Source: Octopus bimaculoides
Taxonomy: Eukaryota
Assembly (NCBI RefSeq): GCF_001194135.2
Contig: NC_068990.1
Coordinates: forward strand, 44,567,480 to 44,631,301
DNA length: 63,822 bases
Direction of reading: 5' to 3'
The translations under genes were made by a program, and so were the position numbers. Below, one piece after another: positions 38,060-50,739 of this stretch (position 1 is the stretch's first letter; every line of letters begins with the position of its first letter). A model generated the notes under the pieces. It was not told the origin of the DNA, searched no databases, and saw only the letters and a list, made by a program, of their open reading frames with translations.

Positions 38060-38300
38060 GCCTTACTAAGAATGTTTATATTATACAACATCAACCAGGT
38101 GCTCTCCCTGTATCCAGGACTCTCCAGTTCTTCCTGTACGTATTGTGCTGCTTGCATTCAAGTATCCGTGTTCTTGTTTGCAGTTCATTCTTTGATGTTG
38201 TCAATAAACAAACGTGTATTCTCTCCACACTTCCTGTCAGAATGGTCTTGGGCAAGTGACTCATGGCGCATCGTATGTCCAAAATTTGATAGCTATGTTG
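38060..38300 (-). mobile_element. Probable RTE-clade LINE 3' coding fragment
   Basis: HLPKTILTGSVE and DNIKE*T resemble the RTE C-terminal pattern LPK.IL.G...DNIKEWT..WR. Confidence 0.5.
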
Positions 38301-38339
38301 ACATGATTCTCGATAATAGATGCCTTTGAACTTTGAACA

Positions 38340-38573
38340 GTCGGCGAGCTGGCAGAAACGTTAGCACGCCGGGCCAAATGCTTAGCGATATTTCGTCTGC
38401 CGCTACGTTCTGAGTTCAAATTCCGCCGAGGTCAACTTTGCCTTTCATCCTTTCGGGGTCGATAAATTAAGAACCAGTTACGCACTGGGGTCGATGCAAT
38501 CGACTGAATCCCTTTGTCTGTTCTTGTTTGTTGCCTCTACGTTTAGTCCTTTGTTGGGCAATAAAAAAATAAG
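38340..38573 (+). mobile_element. Young full SINE (AAGGCGGCGAG family), tail variant CCTTTGTTGGGCAATAAA
   Basis: Little diverged head and body, with B-box-like GAGTTCAAATTCC. Confidence 0.9.
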
Positions 38574-39724
38574 ATGCCCCTGAACTTTCAGGTTTTCTAG
38601 TACAGCAGCGTTTGTTACAGAGACTTCATGTAGTCTATCCATAAGATTTTTATAACGTTAGAGTATAATTTTGAGGAAGAGTTGGCATGAATTTCTAGCA
38701 AATTAATATGATTGTATATATATTCTCCCAGAGTAAACGACTTAGATCTGATTTCTGTTCCGTACTGGAGCACCAGCTTGACTAACCTTGGGTTAGCCTT
38801 CTGTTCCGTAAATTGCGAAATCCTTTGGGAAATGTATATATTTCACAACATCCTCTATCATTTTGTATTATAAACCAAAGAAGAGATACCTTGGCATATA
38901 GGTGATCAATCTATATATTTTATTACCTATCCTGGGGTTAAATACCAGTAACCTTCACTATTTTTAGGACCTATGCGAACAATAAAAGGAAAGAAGGAAT
39001 TTATCCTCAAACCAAAAGTTTACTTCGGATGGTTGCAACTTAGTAGATTCCACTAAAGGTACTCAAGAACTCTAAAGGTATCCAAGAAGCATTCCTAAGA
39101 TTAATCCAGTCTAGTGAGGAACTGGAGTGATTTCTTAGACGCATGCTGGGGTTACGTGAGTGTTGTAGAGAGGTAGGGATTATGTAGAAGTCGTTCCTAA
39201 AGCAAACTTACCGATCAACTTTGGTATGACTGGTGGTAATATGAAATTGAAAGATCGATTAAATGAACCAGCCATGGAGTCAAGTAGCGGCGTTAGGCCG
39301 TATGATGGATAATATTTAACACCCAAGGGCCAAGTGACGGCATTAAATCGGGTGACAGATGAAAATATACCAACCAAAAATAGGAACAGTCACGCCTACC
39401 AAATTTCACTGACAAAGTTTTGACAACCCCCTCCCCCAATTGATGGTAGAATACAATGGAGCAAAACATCGCGCAGCGGGACTGGATGGCCTGAAGGAAA
39501 TTAGCTTAATTTGTTGCCACCACCACCACCAATCCACTCATACAGTTACTCACAATGATATTCATACACACAAACACACACACACGCACGCACGCATGCA
39601 CGCACGCACGCACACACGCACGCACACATGCATGCACACACATATCCAGTCACATATCAGACGAATACTATTATTTTGTTCTCCACTGCATTTCTCTCTT
39701 TTTCACTCTCTCCCTCTCTCTCTC

Positions 39725-39759
<35 letters not shown>

Positions 39760-40090
39760 TTCCCCCTCTCTTTCTCTCTCCCCCACTCCACTTTCACTAT
39801 TTTTATTCAAACCAACAAAGCATTCATGAAATCGAATAGTCGTGTAATCAGGCTTCTACATTAGAACTATTAGTGAAGGTGACGGAACTCAATCAGATTC
39901 CTCCCTTGAGTCATACTGAATCAATGGGTTAGTTCCTAGACAATAGAAAGCTACTCTTACAGCCTGTCTAGACTAGAATCTTGTCAGTCAACGCTAATTT
40001 AATAGACCACACATATCAGGAGAAAATAGCTATGCCAAAATGGAACAAGAACAATCGACTGTGTCTTACTTTGATATTTTTCCGATCATA

Positions 40091-40151
<61 letters not shown>

Positions 40152-40155
<4 letters not shown>

Positions 40156-40350
40156 GTAACTTCACTGGGGAACGTAGCAAAGTGTCAACTGAACACAGCT
40201 AGTGGACAAAGGTAATATTCTTCATTCTGACTTCGAGAATTCTGAGGAGGATTCGTGCAGTCCTAAGCAGCACTGATTTCTGTAGTTGCGCTATCTTCAC
40301 ATTTACTCTCAAATATTCAATACAGTTTTTTAGCTTCGTACTTATAGTTC
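40152..40350 (-). mobile_element. 3' end of Dong/R4-type LINE
   Basis: IAQLQKSVLLRTARIL. The 3' UTR resembles 62820-62900 and abuts (ATT)n at ~40090-40151. Confidence 0.75.
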
Positions 40351-40489
40351 GCACTCACCTTCTTGAATGACGAAAGGCTTTTTATCTCACACCTCAAACC
40401 ATCATATCTGACCTGCTTATTATTATTTGTTTTTTCGATACTCTGTCATCACCAGGACATGCAAGATCTATGAGGAGATTAGGAAGGAT

Positions 40490-40835
40490 GATCAACCAGT
40501 TGGAAGCCACAGTCGTGCACAGTAGCCATTAAAAACCAAGGACTTGTGTGCTGGAGCATTGTTCTGATTATACAAGAACCCTTTCGCCAGTTTTCCTCGG
40601 AGTTTAGTCTTGATAACCTTTTTGTAACTGCCTCAGCAATCTGACAGAGTATCCTCTATTGATGATGTGGCCCTTTTGAAGATATTTAATAAATACAATG
40701 CCTTTTGCAACCAAAAAAACTAGGGCCATTGCCTTCTTTGCAAATGAAACGACCTTGACCTTCTTTGGAGCAAGCGAGGTGGTGTATTTCCATTGCATGG
40801 ATTGTCTCCTCATCCCTGGCTCAAAGTAATGACAC
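40490..40835 (-). mobile_element. Mariner family D (Himar1/irritans-like) internal fragment
   Basis: HYFEPGMRRQSMQWK..APKKVKVV..GIVFIKYLQKGHII..NAPAHKS. Confidence 0.8.
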
Positions 40836-41269
40836 TAATCCTAGGTTAGGAGACGTTCAAGGAAACCTAAGTACTAATGCTTTATTTTTGCCCTACTAAA
40901 ATGGTTGATCGGTCGCCAACGACAATACCAACTACAATAACAAATGCATCAACTGTATCCCGACTTCAGTGTCTTTCATAACATGGATTTGATTAGCAAA
41001 ACACAACAAAACGCAACAAAAAAATCACAAAATATAAAATAGAGATAGGAGTGAAGAAGTAGAAGTACATCTCTAACAGACATCAAATGACTACAGTTCT
41101 AGAAAGCATTAAAACCGTGCCTCCTAAACACAGCAGGAACTTCCAATTTTGTCCTGAAACTAGAAGCACTTTTCTGAGATTCGCTGAAGACATTGCTTCG
41201 AGGAAAACCTGATACATATCTCTCATGTAACTTCAATTGTAGCTTAATTGAAATTTTATTGTGTAAATG

Positions 41270-41700
41270 TACGAAGGTTGAAGTGTGGCCTCCTTACTTA
41301 CTGGATTTAGATGTAATAGCCATCACTAAGTCTGAAGTCTCCAACCTACACGTACAGACACTCCTCCGGGATGACTATGTTCAATCAGCCCATAATAACT
41401 CTGGGGTGGGTGTATTGTCCTGGAAAACTTAGATTTCGTGTTAAGGTGAAAGTTTTCTTGTCCTAGATAGCAAGTATGTGTTGAATTTGAGCAGTAATCG
41501 AAGCTGTGTCCTAATGTTGATGACCGTTCATGCCTCGCCAAGAACCATGCATCCAGACTTCTTCATTGGTCAAGAAATATCTGTAACGTTTATCCTACTC
41601 TTTAGTGTAGTGGTGTCTTTGACGCTTGCTGAAGTTATGTAGGTGTTGTAGATAGACAGGGAGTGTGTGAAATCTTATATTTTCCCAGACAATTTCAAGT
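41270..41700 (+). mobile_element. Probable L1/Tx1-type APE endonuclease relic
   Basis: LDLDVIAITKS..DDYVQSA..SGVGVL, then a decayed V.A-P-like strand. Confidence 0.45.
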
Positions 41701-43006
41701 ACATAATGAATATCGCATGGATTTCCCGAATACAGGAATGTGAACATGAGTGAATCAGTGCATCGTCAATATTGCATTAACATAGAATATCTATTTTCGG
41801 GTAGTTGTTTTCATATAAGTGTAGGACTTCTGTGATCAATTTAATTACTACTGCTAATTAGGTGTCCATTTACTGAACGCAAAACAGACTTTCCGACACG
41901 AAAGTCTGTTAGTGAGTTAGTTCACCAGGATTAGCGGGGAAGTTAAAAGTAACGAATGGTGTGTGGAACAAATGCGGACTATTAGACTGGAAATGGTTAC
42001 ATTTAGAAATTAACTAAAGTCAGAAAATACTAGATTAGATAGACACAGAAAGAGAGAGAGGGGGAAACAGAGAGTGCGAGATTTAATAGAAGGGTATAAC
42101 ATCATCTCTGACTAATCTCAGTGGAATTGTGATGGTCATGAGCATTGCCTTCACTCCTGAATAAACCACAAAAAGGCTTTCTCCTTCATGCTACACGACG
42201 GTATGGGAAACATTCGAGGGATCTAGTAGCTACGTCGCAACGAAAACATCATATAATCTTTGATGGGCTGCAATAGGCGGGTGTTGTCCGACTCCAATCA
42301 GAAGTGCAAAGTAATTTTGCTTTTATAATGTTTTTTCAATCTGACTTTTCCAAATGGTTTAGTGGGAGATGTTAACTGGAGACGGCGAACTTTAGATTCT
42401 ACCACAACGGTTTGTCACAAATCTCAAGCAAAAAGGAGAAATGATGTGGAAAGCTAATTACAACTTCTGAAATATCAGTGGTGTTAAACAGTTACGTTAG
42501 AAAGGATTTCAATCATGACGTCCACCTCTGAACTTCATTCGAACATGGTAGATCTTTTGCTCCTGCCTTCTTTAACAGCAATCCAGAGTGCGTCTAAGAT
42601 ACCATTCTATTTTGCCACTAATATTAATAAGCACAATGTCTTCAGCAATGTTTCCGGGCTTAAGAAAAACTTTGGTCGCCCATTCCCACGGGTACATAAA
42701 CGGCCAACATCTCCTGCCACAGAGCACCACTAATATTGACGTCACAAACAAACAACTTGTCACCTCGGACTAGAAACATTTCCGTTACTTCGAGATCTAG
42801 ACTAAATTGATATGGGTTGGACAAGCAAGGCGTAAACTTCTTAGTCATCTAGAAGCGTCAGAATTCACGTGTCGAAAACTGATTGTTTTGATGTTATCAA
42901 CGGTAACTCAAGTAACATGAAGTCATTTAACACGCGATGACTTTTTTTTTGTCCAGAAACACCTTATGCTACGTATATTTACACAACCAATCCTAATTAA
43001 AGTTAC

Positions 43007-43037
<31 letters not shown>

Positions 43038-43719
43038 AACGGGTGTGAGGAAATAGTAAGAGAAACCAGTCAAGTTTCTTTAGGGTTCGGAATTTTTCAG
43101 TAAAATGTCATGACCTCACTTTACCAAGAAATTCTTCCCACATCCCACTCCCCAACAGCACTAAAGAGGAAATTCATTATTCTTGAATAGATATGTAATC
43201 AGTATTTACTAATACACTGTTGTGTTCTGCCCTCTTAAGAGTTTCTCTGATTGCTTTTCACATCAAAACAATTTGCTTATATTTTTAAAACTTTTAACAG
43301 CTCATTTACCAGCTTCACGTATTTCTTCAGAATCACTATGAAGACCTGAAAAAGCGGATGAGGAAGTTATTTCATTCGTTTATTTGGCGTTCTTTTACCG
43401 CGTGATGGAGCGTCCTGTCTTCTTGGCTTGAGATTTGTGTCGTGTTTAGTATTTCTTGTTTCCTAACTTATATGTTTTGAACCTGAAAGCCATCGCCTTC
43501 ATCCTTCGAACCACCACAGGAACATAATATCAGGTTTTTAAAATTAGAATATTTGAATGTCACAGCGTTGACATGAGGGCTTCTTTTTTAAAAATATTGC
43601 CTATACTCTCTGGTTATTGTTTTACTTGTTTCAATCTTTTGATTGAGGCTATGCTGGGGCACGCCTTGACGTATCAGTTGAATGAACCAATCCCAGTACT
43701 ATTTTTAAGCCTGATACTT

Positions 43720-43960
43720 ATTCTAGCAGTCTCTGTGCGCACCTCGGACAAGCCCGTCTGTCAGCACATTCGTGCCTGTAGAGTTCATCTTGAACCGGTA
43801 GCACCCCCACCCCGGTAGCCCTACCAGGCCAAGGACATCTGGAAATTATCCATGATAGTTCCTCACCGGAAAGTCCTCCGGAACAGACTAGCCAGTTCGT
43901 TCGCGTCGGCGCCCAGTCTCCCCGAGAACGCCGCCGCACTTCCCCGCTACTAATCTTCTA
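43720..43960 (-). mobile_element. Tx1/L1-type LINE fragment (pre-zinc-finger region)
   Basis: LGADANELASLFRRTF..MDNFQMSLAW*GYRG..LPVQDELYRH..CPRC, colinear with RDKLFRYG..CPRCLQRNETVLH at ~47880-47950. Confidence 0.75.
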
Positions 43961-43969
43961 TAAACGTCT

Positions 43970-45945
43970 AAAGTTCTTCACTGGAGACTGTGTGCGAAAA
44001 AGTAGGGTCTGGACAGGGCACGAAAATGGTACAAACATGAAACAGGGAACATTTCGTTTTGCTGCTGGGAAAAAGTTCGTCACTTGTAGTTCCGTCTTCA
44101 TCTACGCCGTTGTTGGTATTAATTCTTTTATCCATTACTCTCGTGCAGAGTTAAGTGTTGATACAGTGTGACAACCAACAGTATTTTTATCTAGATACCA
44201 TCTCTAGAGAAGTTTGTCTAAAAACAAAGACACAGAGGGGCTTCTCTGCTCTTGCTATTCTCACTTGGAAAATGAAAAGAATACATAGGCAATACCACAG
44301 GCTCTTATATTCATTGTTCTTAGTGTTTGTAGCATTTCCGTGCTCTGCCCAGATCCTACTTTTCACACAGTCTCCAGTGAACAAACTTAGCCCCGTTAAT
44401 GTGCCTCCTTTTGTAGTGCTTTTGGATCATTTTGCTGCACTCACTTGGAATATAAAAACATAATAATGGAAGGACAAAGATCTACCTGCAGAACTTGGAC
44501 AGAAGAACCAGAAAGCTGCACAATACACTCCATTTTAAAAATAATACCGGCCGACTTTATCTGCCAAGAAGGGAAGGTGTTAGAGAATTACTAAACGCGT
44601 AAGACACGGCTGGTACGGCAATACTGGGTCTGAAGAATTATGTTGTACAGTTTAAAGAAAGAATACTTTCAGCAGCCACAGACACACAAAAACTGACTGA
44701 AACAGTAGAAAGATTCAAAGAGAAAAAGAGCAACAGAATGAACAAATGGAAAGAAATAGAACTACATGGTCATTTCATGCAACAAACTGAAAACGTTGGA
44801 AATGAAGCCCACTGGCTTTGGTTGATGGATTTGATCTTGAAACGAGAAACAGAGGCATTAGTCATAGCTGTTCAGGAAATGCCAAATCTGATAAAGGCAA
44901 AGATCGACAAAACTCAGTCAGACAGCAAACGTAGAATCTGCAGAAAAGGATACGTGAGTATCAACCACATTTTGAGTGAGTACAGTACACTAGCGCAAAA
45001 TGAGTACAAGCGCATACATGATTGGGTAGGCAAAAGAGTGCATTGGGATGTTAGTCGTGTGTGTGAACCTTTGTTCGTTGCTGTTAAAAATAGCAACACG
45101 ATACCTAGTGAAAATGGGACACACCCAAAAGCATTAAAGAAACAAGCTGATGAACAAAGTGAAAACTAGAAAGTGAAAACGGTGCATAGGCAATTCCTCG
45201 GAGAAATTGAGGGAAAGACAAGACCAACAACTGGATGTGGCTAAGGAAAAGTGATCTGAAAGGATGCACTGATGTATTGATATGCAGTGCCCAGGAACAA
45301 GCTCTGAGGACTAATTACATCAAGTTCCAAACCAAGTAGATAACAGCAGTGGTTCACCCCTTTGTAGAATGTGTGGCAGCAAAACGAAACAATCGCACAT
45401 GTTGTGAGTGAGTGTAGCAAACTGGCCCAAACGGAATACAAAAGGCGGCATGATAACGTGACTAAGTTTGTTCACCAGAGATGGCGTGGGAAGTACAGTC
45501 TTGAAAGGACGCAGAAATAGTACGAGCATAAACAAGAAGGCACACCGAGAATAATGAGTATAAGGTCTTATGAAATTTTATAATTCAATGTGAATCAGTT
45601 ATTGATCTCGGAGACCAGATACTGTTGTAGTAGATCAAAGAAAGAAAGAAACCAAGATCATTGATATTGCCAAACTTTGGGATGCTTGAGTGGGTGACTC
45701 ATGCATACCTACTGGATAGAAAATATTGAAAAGTACAAGCCACTAAAAGATGAAATTGCACGAACGAGGGCAATGAGGAGAGTAACTGTCATCCCAGTAG
45801 TTGTATGGGAACTGGGAGCATTAGAAACCAGGTTTGAGGAAAATATTTTGGAGAAACTAGGACTGACATAAGGGTAGAAATGCTCAGAAAACTGCTTTAT
45901 TGGGGGCAGCGAAAATTTTGAGATTGGTACTTGGGTGTTAAATAT
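43970..45945. mobile_element. Cluster of Dong/R4 C-terminal fragments: 43970-44045 (+), 44130-44470 (-), 44700-45120 (+), 45170-45945 (+)
   Basis: Repeated LHG.F..W.WL..LKRETEAL, SECSKLAQ.EYKRRHD.V.K.VHW and GALETRF motifs. Confidence 0.8.
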
Positions 45946-46204
45946 GAACCGTTACAGCAACATGTGCGTAAACATGTAACCACATTTCTATACGAAAACT
46001 GCAAACTTGTGAGTAGAATTTTAAAACTTTTACATTTTAATTACCTATAGATCCATATTTATATAAGACCTCTATATATATGCACATTGCTATTTCTTCT
46101 CGGTCTGCTGCTGATACATCAATGATGATTATTATAACTACGGAAGAAACATCAATACATGTCTATTGGCGGTGTTCAGTTAAAAAAGTAAACGCTGTAA
46201 AAAC

Positions 46205-46975
46205 AGAACCCATAACATAACAAAACCAAGCAAAAGAGAAAGAACAGTGGACAGATAATCGTAAATACTATGAAATAGTTGATTTATGATTTACACACAC
46301 TACTATGCAACACCACCCCAGAAAAACATACAAGAATAAGCTCATACTGAAATACCTAACAAAATTAACAAAACTCATATGTGCCATAGAAGGCCGATAC
46401 CCGACAGAATGCAGCACACCCCATCCTACCAGCATAAAGGTGCAATAAATGATGCAATAGAAGGTTGGTTGAAACTTTCAGATGTCGAAAAATAATGGTG
46501 GTAATGATGATGGTGACGAACGTTAGCTTACCTCAGTTTATGAGAGACAAGAGTTTCCGAAGCAATTCTAGTTGTAACAGCGAAAATGAAGCTGGACCAT
46601 TAAGGGAAGGCCTCTCATTCTGCAGTGGTTCAGTAAAGATGCAGACTGACCACAGCTGTTATCCTAATACAGCATCAGCAGATAATAAAGCAAGGAGGAG
46701 GAAGTGGACCAGCGAAGAAAACAGGATAGTGATGCAGTGCTACTTAGAAAGTGAACCTAAAAGAAGGGGCTACAGAAAACGGATGTTAACACTTTGGGTA
46801 GAGAAGGGTGTTTTAAAGTGACTGAGCAGAGATTAGTCCATTAAGCTAATTAGGAGAAGAAAGTGGGTGACAGAAATGGAGGAAGAAGAAATCACAAGAG
46901 AACTGGAAAAGAAAGACTAGGCAGTAAGAAAGACAAATAACAGCATAAGAGATACACCTCAAACCAAAGAAGAAC
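46205..46975 (+). mobile_element. 5' UTR and N-terminus of the same Dong/R4 family as 28851-32770
   Basis: Reverse complement of ~31900-32770. ATG at 46482; RRKWTSEENRIVMQCYLESEPKRRGYRKRMLTLW. Confidence 0.85.
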
Positions 46976-47163
46976 CCAAATTGGGGGAGGGGGCTAATCT
47001 ATCACATCCAACCCAGTGTTTCACTGGTACTTAATTTATCAATCCCGAAAGATGAAAGGCAAAGACAGCCTCGGCAGAATTTGAACTCAGAACGTAGCGA
47101 CAGGCGAAATACCGCTAAGCATTTTGCCCGGCGTGCTAACGATTCTGCCTCGCTTGCCGCCTT
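46976..47163 (-). mobile_element. SINE (AAGGCGGCGAG family)
   Basis: Reverse complement of the 38340 head and body. Confidence 0.9.
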
Positions 47164-47178
47164 AACAATAATAAAAAT

Positions 47179-47952
47179 GATTTCTTTTATTGGCCACAAG
47201 GGTCCAAGTCATGGAGGACTATATCGAAGGACAACTTACAGCACAAAAAACAATTACGAAAACTACGAAAACATGTAAGGTTAACATCAAGGTGAGATAC
47301 ACCCACATTAAAGTATATAATGGAGGATATATCATAGAAAGTAGAAAAATAAATAATAGATAAATGAATAAATAGAATCCCCAATAATGGGGCAGTCCGC
47401 TTAGTATAATTCGGGTTAAATCCCACACAAAAACTCTGGATTACTCAGCCATCCCCAAGGCATGGGAAAATGTCCTCTTCCAGTTTCTTTCCTCCTGCTT
47501 AGAAAAGCTTATTGAGAGTAGATCCATTCAGTCTCACCAGTCTTGCCACTGTCGACCACCTTTTGATGAACATACGAGAAGGTAGCACCTCCCTCTCTAC
47601 CCTCACCTTCCTCTTCAAATGATATTTGAAGAAATTGATGAGGGCTTGACTAGATAGGAATGCGCCTGTCTTCAATCCTTTCAGACGGGCCCACCACACA
47701 GCCTCTTTTGCCACAGCCACTAAAAAGAGAAAGATCTTCCTTCTCTGCTAAAGTAATGTGGTGCGTCGATCTTCCCTATACACTTGGTAGACAGCTGAAT
47801 TTATCTTACACGTGACAACAGCTTCTCCCACAATCCCACATCTCTCTAATGCACGTACACTGAATTATTGCATGCAAGACAGTTTCGTTCCTTTGCAAGC
47901 ATCTCGGACAGGTTCAGCTGTTGGCACTTCCATACCTGAAGAGCTTGTCTCG
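47179..47952 (-). mobile_element. 5'-truncated Tx1/L1-type LINE 3' end with a probable TSD
   Basis: CPRC..ETVLH..QC zinc finger, ORF 47499-47720, and a 3' UTR ending CCCTTGTGGCCAATAAAAGAAAT. Flanked by AACAATAATAAAAAT (47164-47178) and AACAATAATAATAAAAAT (47953-47970). Confidence 0.8.
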
Positions 47953-47970
47953 AACAATAATAATAAAAAT

Positions 47971-48182
47971 CTTTTTTACTATAGGCACACGGCCTGAAAT
48001 TTGTGGGGAGAAGACCAGTCGACTACATCGACACCAATACTCAACTGGCACTTAATGCTTCGACCCCGAAAGGATGAAAGGCAATGCCGACCTAGCGCGG
48101 AATTTGAGCTCAGAATGTAGCGACGGGCGAAATACCGCTAAGCATTTCGTCTAGCGTGCTAACAATTCTGCCAACTCACCGC
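47971..48182 (-). mobile_element. SINE (AAGGCGGCGAG family), tail variant AAATTTCAGGCC.TGTGCCTATAGTA
   Basis: Direct homology to the other copies. Confidence 0.9.
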
Positions 48183-48255
<73 letters not shown>

Positions 48256-48256
<1 letters not shown>

Positions 48257-48780
48257 ACCGTAAAAGTAATGGACGAAAAGCAGAAGGCAAAATTCCTCTG
48301 GGATTTTTACTTCCAGACAGACAAGGTATTAGTGCACCGAAGGCCAGATATAGTAACCTTTAGGAGGGACAAACAAGAATGCTTACTAATTGACACGTGG
48401 CAGTGCCAGGAGATCAACATTTCTCCATGAAAGAAAGACAAAAGGTTGGTAAATATGGAGACCTGAGAATTGAGATCGCTAAGATGTGGCAGCTACGAGA
48501 GTCAAACATAAAAGTTATTCCTATTGTCATCGGAGCATTGGGTTCAATATCACCCGATCTGAAAAAACATCTACAAACTTTAGAAATACCCTACAATCTA
48601 GGTGTATTGCAAAAGTCGACATTACTTGGAACTGCATGCATATTGCGTAAAGTACTGTCTGTCTGAGGTACTTGTGATTTAACGAACATTACAAACCCCG
48701 GTAGACACAATATCTTCAATCAACAACCTCACGATATTGTAAACTATAATATAATTGTAAACTATAAACGACATCTATAA
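48256..48780 (+). mobile_element. Dong/R4 3' end with a well-preserved RLE domain
   Basis: LWDFYFQTDK..HRRPDIV..LID/AVPGD..KERQKVGKYGDL..VIPIVIGALG..LQKSTLLGTACILRKVLSV*. Begins directly after (AAT)n 48183-48255. Confidence 0.9.
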
Positions 48781-48986
48781 TAATACGATGTAGACAAGAA
48801 GATTGAAACAGAATGCCTGGTAGGGCTCCTACAGAAAGTTTACCGCTTAGGGACAGGAAGGATTATCAGGAGAGTTCTAAGCACTTGAAAGACAGTTGAA
48901 AACTTGTGGATACCTAAGGTTACAGGAAGTAACCCGCTACTCACATAAATCCTGCCAAGAATAAGACCGAACCTGAGTCAAACCAA

Positions 48987-48990
<4 letters not shown>
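48781..48990 (+). mobile_element. Short Dong/R4 3' end followed by (AAT)n
   Basis: LLQKVYRLGTGRIIRRVLST*. The 3' UTR matches 35285-35520. Confidence 0.8.
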
Positions 48991-49021
<31 letters not shown>

Positions 49022-49030
49022 CAACAACAA

Positions 49031-49242
49031 CCCCTTCTACTATAGGCACAAGGCCTGAAATTTTGGGGAAATGGACTAGTTGATTACATTAGCCTCAGTG
49101 TTTCACTGGTACTTAATTTATCAACCCCTAAATAATGAAAGCAAAGTCGACCTCGGTGGAATTTGAAGTCAGAGCTTGCAGACGAACGAAATGTCGCTAA
49201 GCATTTTGCCCGGCGTACTAACGATTCTGCTAGATCGCTGCC

Positions 49243-49243
<1 letters not shown>
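49031..49243 (-). mobile_element. SINE (AAGGCGGCGAG family)
   Basis: Same tail variant as 47971-48182, flanked by (AAT/AAC)n on both sides. Confidence 0.88.
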
Positions 49244-49317
<74 letters not shown>

Positions 49318-49318
<1 letters not shown>

Positions 49319-50010
49319 GACCAATGCCTACCTACAAAGAACTACCAGGCCAACATATTAAAGAATGGCAGCTCCCCATTATGTCGTATATGCCAACAAC
49401 AAAATGAAACCATCGATCATGTTGTCTCCATGTGCAGTCTGCTTGCGCCTACAGAGTATCTCAACAGGCATGATAGAGTTNNNNNNNNNNNNNNNNNNNN
49501 NNNNNNNNNNNNNNNNNNNNNNNNNNNNNNNNNNNNNNNNNNNNNNNNNNNNNNNNNNNNNNNNNNNNNNNNNNNNNNNNNNNNNNNNNNNNNNNNNNNN
49601 NNNNNNNNNNNNNNNNNNNNNNNNNNNNNNNNNNNNNNNNNNNNNNNNNNNNNNNNNNNNNNNNNNNNNNNNNNNNNNNNNNNNNNNNNNNNNNNNNNNN
49701 NNNNNNNNNNNNNNNNNNNNNNNNNNNNNNNNCAGGAAACCCCAAAATGGCTGAAGTTCAAAAGATAGTGCTCATGGGAACTGCCCATATCCTATGTAAA
49801 ATACTGTCTATGTGATCTCAAATTTTAAAACAAACACATAATTTTCTTATGGTTTCTTAAACATTCTCTAGAACAACACTGTACAAATCCAAATATATGG
49901 TACCCTAGGCATAACACCTACATGAACTTCTAACTTGTTGTCTCTTGAGGTCTCTGGGTGAGATTTGGATCCAACTTGTACAAATGCAAAGCAAAAGTCA
50001 AACATAAAAT
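49318..50010 (+). mobile_element. Dong/R4 3' portion (third subfamily) spanning an N gap
   Basis: ETIDHVVSMCSLLAPTEYLNRHDRV..AEVQKIVLMGTAHIL. Ends in (AAT)n at ~50008. Confidence 0.8.
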
Positions 50011-50739
50011 AATAATAATAATAATAAAGAAATCCCCAAATGACCATTGTTAATATTCTTGTCTCGTGATGTTTGTAATCTTTTAGTCAGGAAGGAATTG
50101 CAGTGCCCATAACGCTTTATAGGGCCACCGAAACTGATGGGAAAGTGAGAAGGGGGAGGGTGATGGAGGGAAGAAGGGAAGAAGGTATTTTCAAGCTAGA
50201 GACCGGGCCAGAGTGTTTGTCAAAGAATAGACTCCGCCGAAGACTCCCAATGTACCAAGTGGTGGCGTTAGATCAGGAAACGGATTAATTCTACCACCCA
50301 AGTATGTCATGGCAGGATTTGATCTTAGAACTCAAGCAGCCAGAACAAATGCTGCATGACATCCGGTGCGATGCTCTCAAAGCTCCCTATCCTCCAATCC
50401 ACCACCCTGTATTGCAAGTCAGAACGCAAAGTGTTAGAACAAATACAACGAACCATTTTATTTGGTGCTCTAACGATTCTGCCAATTCGTTGCCTGCTAA
50501 TGTTTTAGCATTCCTGTAAACGTATGAAATACACACTTATTAAACAAACACTATAGCATACCATGATAAAACTATACAAGCCTGCAGATTTATTTAGTGG
50601 AAATTCAACATTGGAAACTATTTGAATGTTACTACTATAATTATATCTGCCTTATGTGTTGGTCGGTAACTAGAAGATAAGGTTGCAAATATTTATTTAT
50701 GTTTCAGAGTTGGGTATTAATGTCACTCTGTGGGGGTGC

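Noticed and set aside
42500-42860. Overlapping 60-70 aa ORFs and an 11-bp direct repeat CCACTAATATT
   Set aside because: No recognisable domain or splice structure; within chance expectation.
43680-43960. GC/CpG-rich island suggesting a promoter
   Set aside because: Explained by a Tx1-type LINE coding fragment on the minus strand.
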